Assembly (NCBI GenBank): GCA_017654855.1
Contig: CM030332.1
Span: 6,076,001-6,140,000, forward strand
From: Podospora anserina
Taxonomy: Eukaryota
Direction of reading: 5' to 3'
Length of the DNA stretch: 64,000 nt
Position numbers and translations under genes: made by a program. Below, in pieces: positions 23,076 to 34,333 of the stretch (position 1 is the first letter of the stretch; each line of letters begins with the position of its first letter). Below the pieces are notes generated by a model. The model saw only the letters and a list, made by a program, of their open reading frames with translations, was not told where the DNA came from and did no database searches.

Positions 23076-24845
23076 ATGTGCCACAAAACCACTGTGAGGC
23101 TCGGGTGTGGTCACAAGTCGAGTACCCTATCCTCAATCGCCTCCTGCCGCCGCCTCGCCAAGCTTCAGCAAGACGAGGACAAGACCATTCGGTTGTTTTC
23201 TCGCTACAAAAAACTTACCGACTGCGGTAATCTTACCAGGGAGGATTGCTATGACGAGGGCCGGATTTGCGGCTCTTGCTACGAGAAACGGAAGCAGGAG
23301 AAGCGCGAACGACGGGAGAGAGAGCAGAGGGAGGAGGTGAGGCGCAATGAGCGGAATGCTGAGATACTCCGTGACCGGGTTGAACAAGACCGTCGGGAGC
23401 GGGAGAGGAGAGAGCAGGAGAAGAAGAAGGCTATGGAGAGGGCTGCTCGGAGGCAGAGGGAGGAGATGGAAGAGGAGAGGAGGCGGCAGGAGAGGAGGGC
23501 TTATCGGGAGGAGATGGCCAGGAAGAGGGATGAGGAGGAGAGGAAGAGGGAATTTGAGAAGAGGGCGAGGGCTGAGAGGGCTGAGCGGGAGGCTAGGGAG
23601 AGGAGGGCGAGGCAGGAGAGGGAGGCGAGGGAGCGGGCTCAAGCTGAGGCCGAGCGGAAGCGGACCGCGGAGCGTAATGCTGCGCGGCAAAGGGAGGAGA
23701 GGAGGAGGCGCGAGGAGATGGAGAGGGAGGAGACAGAGGCTAGGGAGAAGAAGAGGAGGGAGGATGCTGAGCGTGCTCGGCGGACTGCTGCTTCTTCTTC
23801 TTCCAGACGGCCTGTCCCTCCTCCTGGCCGTCTTTCTGAGCGTCGCTTCTTGAACCTTAACGCTGAAGCTCGGAGGCAGCAGGGGCTCCGCAATACACCT
23901 ACACCTCCTCCTCGGCCTGTCCAAAGGGGCAGCGCTGCTGTCCCTCCTCTTCGTTTTGCCACTCGTCAGACTCAGATTCCCGTCCAACGCGGTCCTCAAA
24001 GACCGGTTCAGGTTGTATCTCCCATTCCCTCTCACTTTGCTCAGGCTGCGTTCATTGATCGCGGCTCCCCGGTCGTGGATAGGTCCCAGCCCTTCTATGG
24101 TCCTGGTCCCTCTCGGGATCTTACTGATCCGGTTGATGATATTGTTAATATATATCAACAGCGTAGCCCTGTCGTTGATGTCTCGCAGCCTTTTAACCCA
24201 GGCTTCAGGCAAGCTGTTAACCCAACTAATCCTAAAACTAATAGAAACCCCGGAAGGCGTATTGGACTGGGCATCTATGTGCCCGGCTCCGAGAACCGTT
24301 CTGGTCTTCGTAGGTACTTTGGTCGTCCCACCCGTCCTTCTCAGCATGTTCTTGACAAAGCCAGAGCTAAAGGTAAAGGCAGAGAGTCCAAAATTCCCTT
24401 CCCCCCTGGGCTCAACGTCACGTTTGATGCTACTAACAAGCCAGACCGCAGCAGAAGAACCGAGCCAGGGCCGAGCAATTCAGGCTCGCCAAGCTCATCG
24501 TCCTCAAGTTCAGGTGAGTCCAAAGCGTCTGGTCTTCCCCCTCCGCCCGAGGGCTGGAGAAGGGATCGTAACTACCATCCCAGGAGTCCTGTGCCCCGCC
24601 CTGTGCCTCAGGGACCTAACCCTACGGCTGCTCATCATATCAGGCCCAATACTGACAAGCAGCCAAGGCCACCCACTGGCACCCTCTCGGCCTCGTTCAA
24701 GAGAGTTCTGGCGAAGTGTCCTCCTAAGACTAAAACTAGGAGGGGTAAGGTCTCGAGGACGCTCAATACCCTGCTTGCTGGTCGGAAGACTCCGTCTCCC
24801 CTGGCTGCGGGCGCCCTTGATGGAGTCTCTTCTTCGAGAAGGTGA
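23076..24845 (+). CDS. Hypothetical protein: Cys/His N-terminus, long E/R-rich helix, Pro/Arg/Ser-rich tail
   Basis: 589-aa ORF starting MCHKTTVRLGCGH…CGSC; a possible terminal intron 24842-24892 would alter the last residues. Confidence 0.7.
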   Translation: MCHKTTVRLGCGHKSSTLSSIASCRRLAKLQQDEDKTIRLFSRYKKLTDCGNLTREDCYDEGRICGSCYEKRKQEKRERREREQREEVRRNERNAEILRDRVEQDRRERERREQEKKKAMERAARRQREEMEEERRRQERRAYREEMARKRDEEERKREFEKRARAERAEREARERRARQEREARERAQAEAERKRTAERNAARQREERRRREEMEREETEAREKKRREDAERARRTAASSSSRRPVPPPGRLSERRFLNLNAEARRQQGLRNTPTPPPRPVQRGSAAVPPLRFATRQTQIPVQRGPQRPVQVVSPIPSHFAQAAFIDRGSPVVDRSQPFYGPGPSRDLTDPVDDIVNIYQQRSPVVDVSQPFNPGFRQAVNPTNPKTNRNPGRRIGLGIYVPGSENRSGLRRYFGRPTRPSQHVLDKARAKGKGRESKIPFPPGLNVTFDATNKPDRSRRTEPGPSNSGSPSSSSSSSGESKASGLPPPPEGWRRDRNYHPRSPVPRPVPQGPNPTAAHHIRPNTDKQPRPPTGTLSASFKRVLAKCPPKTKTRRGKVSRTLNTLLAGRKTPSPLAAGALDGVSSSRR

Positions 24846-25626
24846 GTGTGTCATCTAACGTCATTCGTTACCTATTATCTCTTTGTCTTTAGAAACTTCA
24901 TTCAAGTGAATGAAGTATACACAGGCATGAATTAACACATACATGTCCCAACTCTTTTGATAACATATTTCTTTTTAACAAACTTATATTTCCAATATGC
25001 AATGTGATTTTGATGTGATACATACTATTATGAGCCTGTGCCTGTATGAGTGTGCGTCTGTATAAGCGTGTGTGCGTCTTGCAAGAAGAGTGGGTAAGAC
25101 TGAGTACCTACATACTATAGCCACCGTCAGATAGGAAGTGAGATCCCTTGTAAGTATTAGAAGAACAATGCAATTGTTCTTGGAACAAGGGGCTTATATA
25201 GGTGCTCTCACAGGACCTTCTCGAGTTGAGGTTAGCGGGTTAGAAAGGGCAACAAGTAGGGAGTAGAAAAGAGAGCCGAAATCCATTCAGACCTGCACAA
25301 AATTGTCATTGAAAGGTTGAAAAAATGTTTAAGGAGAGATTCCTATCTCTTAGCTGTCATTCGAAACCACTTACACGCAAAAACCAACCCCACATTCGCT
25401 CACCGCGGTAAACAACCCCCTACCCACAGCACCCAGCTCGGGCCCACTTTATTTCTGTTCCGACCTCACCTGCTCAATCGCCGAATTTTCCCACCACAGC
25501 GACAACAGCTCCCGCAACGCCGCCCCCCAGCGCACCACCGCGGTCACTCGCTCGCCAGTCCCACCACTTCCAATCCCAACACCTCACCTCACAAACCAAA
25601 ACAAATCCCCCTCCCAACCGCCCACA

Positions 25627-26268
25627 ATGAGCAGAACCCTCCTCCGCTCCCTCCTGGAGCTCCGAGCAACAGCCACCACCACCCGGCCTACCACCTCCCA
25701 GCTCCTCCGACCATTCCTCGTTCGGCACCTCCACCAAACCCCCTCCCAAATCGACCCCCTCCCCCAACAAACCCAACCAGAACAACCCCCGCCATCACCA
25801 AACCAACCCCTCGCCGTCTCCCCCATCCCCCGCTGCGGCGGCGCACCAAGAACAACCTCCCCCGCCACCCCAGAAACCCTCTCCCTCCTCCCCCTCCTCG
25901 CCCACCAGCCAGGCAAAAAGTACCTCCAGCTCTACATCCAAGGCCAAGCCTACCTCGTCACGCCCGGGGACCAGATCCGCCTCCCCTTCAAGATGCCCGG
26001 TGTCGCCCCCGGGGACGTCCTCCGGCTTAACCGAGCCACCGCCATCGGCTCAAGGGATTTTACTCTGAAAGGTCAGCCGTACGTAGACGAGAACCTGTTT
26101 GAGTGCCGGGCTGTGGTGGAGGGGACGGAGGCGGAGCCGATGCGCCTCAAGATCAAGAAGAAGCAGAGGTGCAGGAGGACAAAGACTGTGAGGAGCAAGC
26201 ACAAATATACTGTTCTGAGGGTTAGCGAGGTGAGGATTAAGCTGCCGGGGCAGGAGGAGGAGGTATAG
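25627..26268 (+). CDS. MRPL49: Mitochondrial ribosomal protein bL21m
   Basis: Presequence; YLVTPGDQIRLPF, GDVLRLNRATAIGSRDFTLKGQPY, KKKQRCRRTKTVRSKHKYTVLRVSEV L21 signature. Confidence 0.92.
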   Translation: MSRTLLRSLLELRATATTTRPTTSQLLRPFLVRHLHQTPSQIDPLPQQTQPEQPPPSPNQPLAVSPIPRCGGAPRTTSPATPETLSLLPLLAHQPGKKYLQLYIQGQAYLVTPGDQIRLPFKMPGVAPGDVLRLNRATAIGSRDFTLKGQPYVDENLFECRAVVEGTEAEPMRLKIKKKQRCRRTKTVRSKHKYTVLRVSEVRIKLPGQEEEV

Positions 26269-26934
26269 ACCTGGTGGATATGAGGAGATGGGAGCTTTCG
26301 CACCGAGAAAGGGGAGGTGCACGTCGACACTTGGAATATGGACGGAGGGGAGTAGTCAAGAATAAGGGAGGCAAGCGCAAAGGGGCTGCGAATTGTAAGA
26401 TCAGAAAAAGGTTGTCATATATGTACCATATTTCAAATGGCAAGTTATTTGTCGAGAAGTGTGAATTATCGAGATTGTGTTCCGTTGTGACCTCAAGCTT
26501 TCAGCTGCTGAGCTGGACCTTGTTGTTGTTATGTTTCCTTCTGCATCGTTCACTGACAACAGATGACACCCTTACATACAATCGTTTGACGGCAAATAAC
26601 CACCATGTAGCCCCGGTTTCTTTTGAGGTCCCCATATCCCTCTACCCAACTACCTCGACGTTGGTGATTTCGCAGCTTTGGTGTTTACTTGCTCACCACT
26701 ACTGGAAACCCCAATTCTCGCTGATGCCTCCCAAAGCAACCCTCCGTTGTCGCTAGCTTTGTGATGTTATGTGCTAGTAAGCTCGATACTGGAGCTTGAC
26801 TGGTCAACCCCATTCGTGTTGCCCATGTGCCGATCGGAGTCATTTTTTTAGTAGCCGACGCTGCCGTGCCTGTCCTCAGACACATCCTGTCCCCGACCGC
26901 CTTGGTACACTTCCTACGCCAGACCATCTCACGA

Positions 26935-27587
26935 CTATGCTTGCAAGCATCTTCAAGGGAGAAAAATTGGTTAGCCGCATCACTTCTCGGTAGTTTATGA
27001 TAGTCCGCCGCAACATACCCGAGATAATCACCGTCAATCTTTCCAATGGCAAACATCTCCCCCACCCCCGTGCGCAAACCCATGATCTTGATGCGCACGT
27101 GCGTCCCAGGCTCGATTACTATATCGGAGTGGTTGGTAAACTGAGGAGGTGTGGCGTTTGCGTCGTATTGGATATCAGGCGGTATCGACTATCAAACCAA
27201 CACTCATGTCAGTAACCCATCAAGGTGACCACAGAGGAGCGCGCGGGTTATGCCTACGTGAGTAGAGACAAAGATGCTCAATGGGCCGGCGTTGGAGAAG
27301 AAACCATGCTGATTAACACTAGTACAGATGGCATCGACAACTTCGCCCTTGAACGGCCTCCACACGACCGCGCGGTAGCCCACTGTGAACTCGGCCATGC
27401 CGCTGCCGGGGAGAATGCGCCCCTCGGACAGATCGAAGGTATCCATGATTGCGATGATGTAATAGTCGCCCGTGCATGTTCCCTCAACATCCTTGACCAG
27501 CTTCGTCGTGACCAGCTCGGTCATGTTTTTGCCAAAGTAGGATGGGTGCAGCAGGACACGCCGCTCGAGATTGTGAAGGAAGAACAT
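26935..27587 (-). CDS. RPB7: RNA polymerase II subunit Rpb7; exons 27587-27258, 27188-27019, 26950-26935
   Basis: MFFLHNLERRVLLHPSYFG, DVEGTCTG, YRAVVWRPFKGEVVDA, MFAIGKIDGDYLG; last intron uses an AAG acceptor. Confidence 0.95.
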
Positions 27588-28898
27588 GTTTGGGCGCGAG
27601 TGACGGTTGTCGCGTTAGGGTAGAATCGGTGGAATATAGAAGCTTGAGAAATCTCGAAGGTAGCTATTTGAAGCCAGTCGACTCTTTTCGTGTTGGTCTG
27701 CAAGTATCAGGTTGGCGCAAATCTTGTTCGCTCGAGGGACTGGTGGGTGTCTGCTGTCCCAAGGACAATGCCCGAAGCGAAGGCTCCACCGCCGCGCCTT
27801 TGGGCGCCTCTTTGTTGGTAATTAGCAAAGATAACTCTTCGATCAAGACGAATAAAGAATTAATGATTATGTTGCTGCCGTTTTGATGTGCCGGGTGGCA
27901 GATTCAGGTGCTGAGATCGAAGGTCGACGGGGTAGTGAATGCGACTGCGATCGCAACGCAGTTGCAAGGCTGACGTTGTACGCGGTTGGGACAGCACTTA
28001 TGGGGACGGGAGTACCGCGCTGACGGAAAATTGTTTGGGGGGACTCTTGCGGCTTGAATTAAGCTATTGGTCCGTGCGTCGGAGCTGCAGGAACCGCTTT
28101 TTCGCTTCGAGAGCTCCCGTATGCCTTGGCGCACCAGGCCTGACGTTTTGATGAAGATAAGTTCTGTAGTTGGTGCATTTTGGGAATAGGAAACATACGT
28201 CTGATTGATAGAATTCAATACATGATAATCTAATATCTCTTGGGTATGTGCATGGCCGGTTGTAGAAGCTGGAGTGAGAGCCATAGGCAGGCGGGATGTC
28301 ACATGCCACAGCGAGTGTGCTCTAGGCACCTCCAATTCTCCTCAAAGCAGTGGCTTTCGGGTATGTCCCAAACCTCCAACGGATCTCCCAGACGTGCATC
28401 TTGACCAAAACATTCGAGTCCGTCTGATGTGGCATTTACCCGCCCAACCCATCTCGCTGTAGCTGCCAGCGTCGCTGCCCCATGAGGAAGCAGCCCTGGC
28501 TCGCATTTTAGTGCCCCGCTTGGCGCCGTCCGAGGCACAGGTCAACTGTCAGCTCCATGGAGGTACCCAACAACTTCGAACGCGCTGCGAATTGGCCAAC
28601 GTCGTCAGATCATCATTGCACAGCTGCCACGCCTCATCGCCGTCTGAAATACTAAGCCTCTTCTATGTCCCACGTCCGGACGCCGTGGCCTTCTCTGCCC
28701 TGATTTGTCCTGGACCTTGCCGCACCTGATCTTATTCTCTACCAACCATTTTAGTTAACTGGCCCACCGACTGGCCAATTGCGCGACTTTTCCAGTCAGG
28801 ATTCTTCGGCATCAAATATCATAGCAATTCTCATCAACCCCTTTTCACGTTCAGGCTTCACCACCTAACCAACCTACATCTGACACTTCTAGCCCGCC

Positions 28899-29626
28899 AT
28901 GTCTCTTGACCTCGAAAAGCAGCTCACCTTTGTAAGCATATTCCCTTGGCCAGAAAACACCACACAGTTCGTTTCGGTAGCCGCTAGAATGGGAGGCTAA
29001 TTGTTTTGCCGGCTGTAGTATGGTGCATATCACCATAACCAAGTGAATATTGTCATTCACATGGTATGCGTACCGTTGATCTTATTTTCAGCATTCGCAT
29101 TGGTAAGCGTAGTTCATCATGATGTCAAGTTATGATTTCTGACATGTTGTGGCAGGCATCAAACTATGGCCCTTTTTTCACACTGCCATCATGGCTCTCA
29201 CTACCCTATCTCACCCCAAACCTGGGCACATTCGCAGCCATGACATGGGGAGCTTTATATCTCCTTCTTGAACCTGTCGCTGGAGGCGCCCTGGCCTTGA
29301 TCTGCCTCGCCTCCGCGGCAGGCACAAACTACCTCCGCATCCAATACCCGGAGAGTGCCAACCAGACCGCCCTTGCCATCCATATCGTATGCTGGATCGC
29401 GCAGTTTGTCGGCCACGGCAAGTTCGAGGGTAGAGCCCCGGCCCTGCTGGACAACCTCTTCCAGGCCATCTTCCTCGCTCCCCTGTTCGTCTGGCTCGAG
29501 CTTCTTTTCATGATCGGATACCGCCCCGAGCTCAAAAAGCGTGTCGACAAGGCTGTCGCGGTTGAGATTGCCAAGTTCCGCGCGCGGAAGGCTGAACAGG
29601 CCGAGAAGGCAAAGAAGGCTCAATAA
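28899..29626 (+). CDS. MPO1: DUF962/Mpo1 2-hydroxy fatty acid dioxygenase; introns 28932-29018 and 29103-29155
   Basis: LEKQLTFYGAYHHNQVNIVIHMVCVPLI, WIAQFVGHGKFEGRAPALLDNLFQAIFLAPLFVWLE. Confidence 0.9.
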
Positions 29627-30590
29627 ACGGCTTGCCGGCTCTCTCGAGCCACGCCGCCAGGCACTTTACAGTGTCTTCGGTTGCGATGGGAGGAGGCAAA
29701 TCAAATTACATGCGCTGGCCACAACAGCCACGGCCTTATTACCGAAAACAGAGTCGCGGTCTGTGGGGAAGAGGCTGAATCAGGAGCTTGCTAGCCCTAC
29801 GAGTCGATTGGAAGCCCAAATACAGGAGAGGAGCGATACTAACAAAGGAACTTATAGTATCGCGACAACGGACGAGTTGTTTTTCATTGTTTTTGTGAGA
29901 TTGGATCGATCATCAACCAAGGCGCCATGGAGTGCAAAGATGGACATGCATTTGGGAATTTGTATATTTTATTGTTTGGGATTTCTTCCTCTCCGGCTCG
30001 CTTTCACAGGCCTGGAGGACTGGAAAGAATCCATTGTCTTTTTGAGTACGCATCGGTGGTGTGAAACAAGCACACAAGGAACAACAGGAGCATCGTGGGG
30101 GTTAGGGTTAAAATGTGCATTATCAAACATAGCGGGCAAACACCAGGCACAGACTGTCTCTTTCAAGGTTGGGCACAACATTCTCAACTTGCACTTCAGC
30201 ACCAAATCAGCCACCCAAACACACAAGCATCTTGGGCTTACCTCATACCAGCTCGTCGTGCACGACCACTCGTGACTGGTCCCTTAAAAGCAGCAAAAGT
30301 GACACATCATCCATATCCCTGCAAGGCTACGCGCCTGCCCCATAATAATTTCTTTATCGTTATCAGCAGCCACCAGCAGCTCTTGCCTTGCGACAACACA
30401 CAACACCTCACACCGCGACAGCGCAATCCCACAAAGACATCAACATATTTTTTCCTCTCTATCGCAAACAAAGAACTCAAATCCCCGCAAATTCTAACAC
30501 GCGGGAAGAATCCGCTCTTTTTTCTCAAGTAACAACAAACCCCAAGATCAAAGCCAAAACGAAAACTACCCCTCGTTCTCCCCGCCAGCC

Positions 30591-31387
30591 ATGGCGTCTG
30601 CCGCCTCCTTCTCTATATCCTACCTTGTGAACTACCTAAAGTGTAAGTAGTTCCATTCCTTTCTTTCCCCCTCCCTCCACCCTCTCAGCCCCAACCAAGA
30701 TCAGTCGCAAGACACTTCACCCAAAAAACATACTATTCCAAAACACACACCCACACACACTATATATACATTTCCCCCGCGTCACCCACCATGGGACTCT
30801 TCCACTGGGATACCGACATCAACTTCACCCCCGGCTCCCACCACTACAAGTGGAACTTTGCCGCCGGCCGCTTCGAAAAAGCTACTAACTGGTGGAACCC
30901 CTTCGCCTCCTCCTCAGCCTCCTTCCCCGACCCCGTCGTCCAACATGTCCAGGACATCTTCGCGCCCGGCTCTCAGTTCAGAGAAGACGTGGGCTGGTTC
31001 GGCGGCTGGATCTCCAGCGTGGTGAACAAGAGCCTCTGGCCGACCCTCGAGCCGACGGTGAATAGGTTCGCCGAGTTCCTGCACCACTCCCCCGAGATGG
31101 TCTCCGCGATCGTGGTGCTGCTGGTGATTTTTGTCTCGATCCAGATCGTCAGGTTGATGCACAGGGTGGTGAGGTTTTGGACGAGGTTGCTGGTCAGGCT
31201 GGCTTTTTGGGGGGTGGTGGGGTTGGTGGTTAGTATGGCGTGGGATAGGGGGTTGGAGCAGAGCATAAGGGACTTGGTCTTGGTGGGCACGGGGTTGTAC
31301 AGATGGGGAAAGAGGGCGGGGCAGGTCTTTTGGGATGAGTATGAAAAGGCTCAGAGGGAGGTTCAGGATGATTGGAAGGGTTGGTGA
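30591..31387 (+). CDS. Apq12-like nuclear-envelope membrane protein; exons 30591-30642 and 30918-31387 (alternative in-frame start 30791)
   Basis: Two TM segments joined by a basic linker (RLMHRVVRFWTRLLVRLAFW), RGLEQSIRDL, FWDEYEK; GTAAGT donor, TACTAAC branch and CAG acceptor in phase. Confidence 0.7.
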
Positions 31388-31935
31388 GGAGGAGGTTTTG
31401 TTGGTCGTTGCGAAACGGAGAGTGTGTGTGTGACAAAAGCAGTAGGAAGGAGACATGGTTATGATTGGACTGGGAAAAGGAGTAATAGGGGTTGAAGGGC
31501 GGACATTTGGAATGACGATTTGGCTCTCGAGGACTTGGCTAAGGTAGCATGATCAGGAGTTTGGTGGCTGGTTTATTTGGGATTTATTTGGGCGGGGGAT
31601 TAGAGTGGTGGATTATCTTTCGGAGAACATATCAACCTTACGAACAACATGGCACCACGACAATGGACGACGTACTTTCGCTCTTGATAGCAGCAAGCCA
31701 GCGCTGCCATGCCATGTATCACAAGAAACAATGCTAAGCTTTGTACTTATCTTGCAAACGTATATTGAACTTGTTTGCCATGACTAGCGTCTTCTTATTT
31801 TATAAACCCCAACGCCTTCGCTATGCGTTCCTATCCATGCACCCAAAGTCCCAAATCATCAGAAAGCAAACCCGAACTCCCAGTATGACCCCATACTTCT
31901 CACTATCATGTCCAGATAGTCAACTAACCTTCTGC

Positions 31936-32908
31936 TTACTCCTCATCATCGTACTCCTCATCAGGAATCTCCTTGGGTTCCTGAGCCTCAGCCCACTGAA
32001 TACACTCATCAATATAGCTGAGAATGCCGCCAACGCTATCCTCATCTGTGCAGTCCAGTTTGTGGTAGTGAACCATGCTAAAGTTCTCGAGCAGCTGCGC
32101 AACAGCATTGTTCAATCTCTTGAACCCAGCGCCCGACATCAAAGCATCCGTCTCAGACTCAACAGGAGGTTGATAGTCAACCCCGGCTTTCCTAGCCTCA
32201 ACCTCCTGTGGGTCCTCCTCGATCAACATCGTATCCGGTACGAGAAACTTCTTGAAGTCCTTCTTCCTGATTTGGTCCTTGACAAGGTCCATCTTGCTCA
32301 AGATATTCAAGTGAGGCAACCCGAGCATGTACATGGAGCTCAGGGCGCTCAGAGACCCAGCAAAGTACTTGGCGCGGTCGACGACAAAGGTTGACTCGAG
32401 GAGGTAAGCGGCGCAGAGCCTGATGTCGAGATTGCCGGGGGAGCGGAGGAAGTTGACCAAGGCGGGGAGGACGGGGTAGTGGGTATAAAGTTCGATTTGG
32501 CCGGGCATGTCGAAGATGATGAGGTACTCTTCTGTAACGGAGTTGAGGGACTCTTCGAGGAAGGAGAGGTTCTCCATGAGGAACTCGAAGCAGTAAATCA
32601 GGCCGCCGTTGGGCCCAAGCTTGAGCTCGTCCATGACATCTTCGACGGAGATGAGGTCGCGGATGTCGAGGTCTGGGGTGTGCTCGAAGGACTCGGCGGC
32701 GGGGTCGAGATTGACGTAGAAGCAAGAGCGGCGGTTTAGTTGGAGATGTGTGATGAGGGAGGCGCAAAAGGTAGACTGGGAAAGGCGTGTTAGAGTTACA
32801 TTCTGCGAAAGAGGCGCTTGGTGATAGCTTTTGCTGGCGAGGGTATCAAGGAAGCCATACCTTGCCCGCGCCCGCGGGGCCCATCACCATCACTCCGAAT
32901 TTAGACAT
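31936..32908 (-). CDS. GPN3: GPN-loop GTPase 3; intron 32860-32776
   Basis: MSKFGVMVMGPAGAGKSTFC P-loop, NLDPAAE, LGPNGGLIYCFE, FDMPGQIELYTH. Confidence 0.93.
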
Positions 32909-34333
32909 GCTTGCGGCGGCTGTAGCTAGTTACAATGATCTCAAGGCTGAATGAGACGGGTGAGAAATTACAGCCGTTGGATTTGGCAGTAACCAATAAG
33001 CTTCGTGAATTGAGTTTACTGCGTAGCAGTAGCAGTGAGCAAAGGGGACCGGAATGATGCGCTGACGACACAACCCAGGCAAGACTCGATATCTTTTCTG
33101 ACCCGCCCGTATTGCGTTGGAAAAAATTGCCCCGCAGTGGGGGTTCCTAAACGTTCAGGAACACATTCCAGTCCGTGCTTCCCCACCAAAAACCTTCCAT
33201 CGAACAATTGCGCAACCAGCACCGTGGAGTCCAGAAAGTCAAGGCTGAAAGGGGTGAATTATCGACTTGAGATTCTCCTGAACTCCTAAGACTAGTCCAG
33301 CTAGTTCAACAAACGAGATATGACAGCTGCGAGCATGTGGAGAGAGGCTGGTAAGACCATCGGACTCGGAGTGTTATCGGCGTTGCAACTGTGACTCTAC
33401 AAACACACTTCGGAGGAAAATGGTATCTGGCTTATACTGCTTGCTTGGCACCTTGCTGGATAGCGCGTTTAGAGCAACGTCTGAGGAATTGCGCAATGCT
33501 TGATGTACCTTGAACTCGGGGCCCTTTTCCAAGACAGGCGCGGGACCGCCTGTCAAGTTCCAAGCACTGTCTGGACATCGCAGCTAATGCAGGGCCTGGC
33601 ACGGGGTGATGCTGGACATTGCATAGCGAAGTAATCTGCCAGGTCAAAATACCCTCAGAGGTTACAGACGAGGGTATGCCGTATTCAAATCTCGTGCGAG
33701 ACGCGCAAATGGTGAATCTCTGAGACCGGTGCGCCTTGGGGACCTGTGAGGGGCAGCTATGGCGCAATTTGACGAAAAAGACAAGCCCAATGTACACAAT
33801 ACCCGGTCGGCAAGTGATAAGCCTTCCCCATACAGAATAAGAAGGGTGGTCACCAAGAAGCAGAGGTAGAGACGGGCACCCCTCAACGATGTGTCATAGT
33901 ACCGCGGATACTTCGGACTATGGTTCTCGGAGTGCTTGATTGAGGTCATGATCGCCATCTGTAGTCATTTTCCACCTGTTTTTAGGGTCTCTGTGAGTTG
34001 CGTGTCCCGGCCGGTGAGACCGGAGTTTTTCAAGAAACCTCGATGACCCGGCCGAGCGAGGGCATTATTTTGTGTGGCGGATGGGGCGCCAGTGCCCCGA
34101 TACCCCGCCCTTTCCGTGTCCCAACCTTGCGGTGAAAAATGGCCGACGCTTGGCCCTTTCGGCCATTCTTGTTCAGGGACCTCCCCAAAATTCCTCAAAT
34201 ACTCCCGCACCCCCGAAGGAGTCTTCTTTCTCCCACCTTCTTTCAAGCGCTCTCTTCTGTACTCCCGCTCTGGTCTTTCGCCGTCCCTGAGTTGTCTTCG
34301 TTTGGTCCAGCCCGTCTTTTCGTTTTCTCAAAG

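Noticed and set aside
23133-24858. 404-aa antisense and 300-aa alternate-frame ORFs over the E/R-rich gene
   Set aside because: Low-complexity, stop-poor sequence; the products are Leu/Pro-rich mirror translations
33016-34246. Short ORFs between GPN3 and SAM synthetase
   Set aside because: No recognisable motifs or codon bias; best explained as divergent promoter DNA
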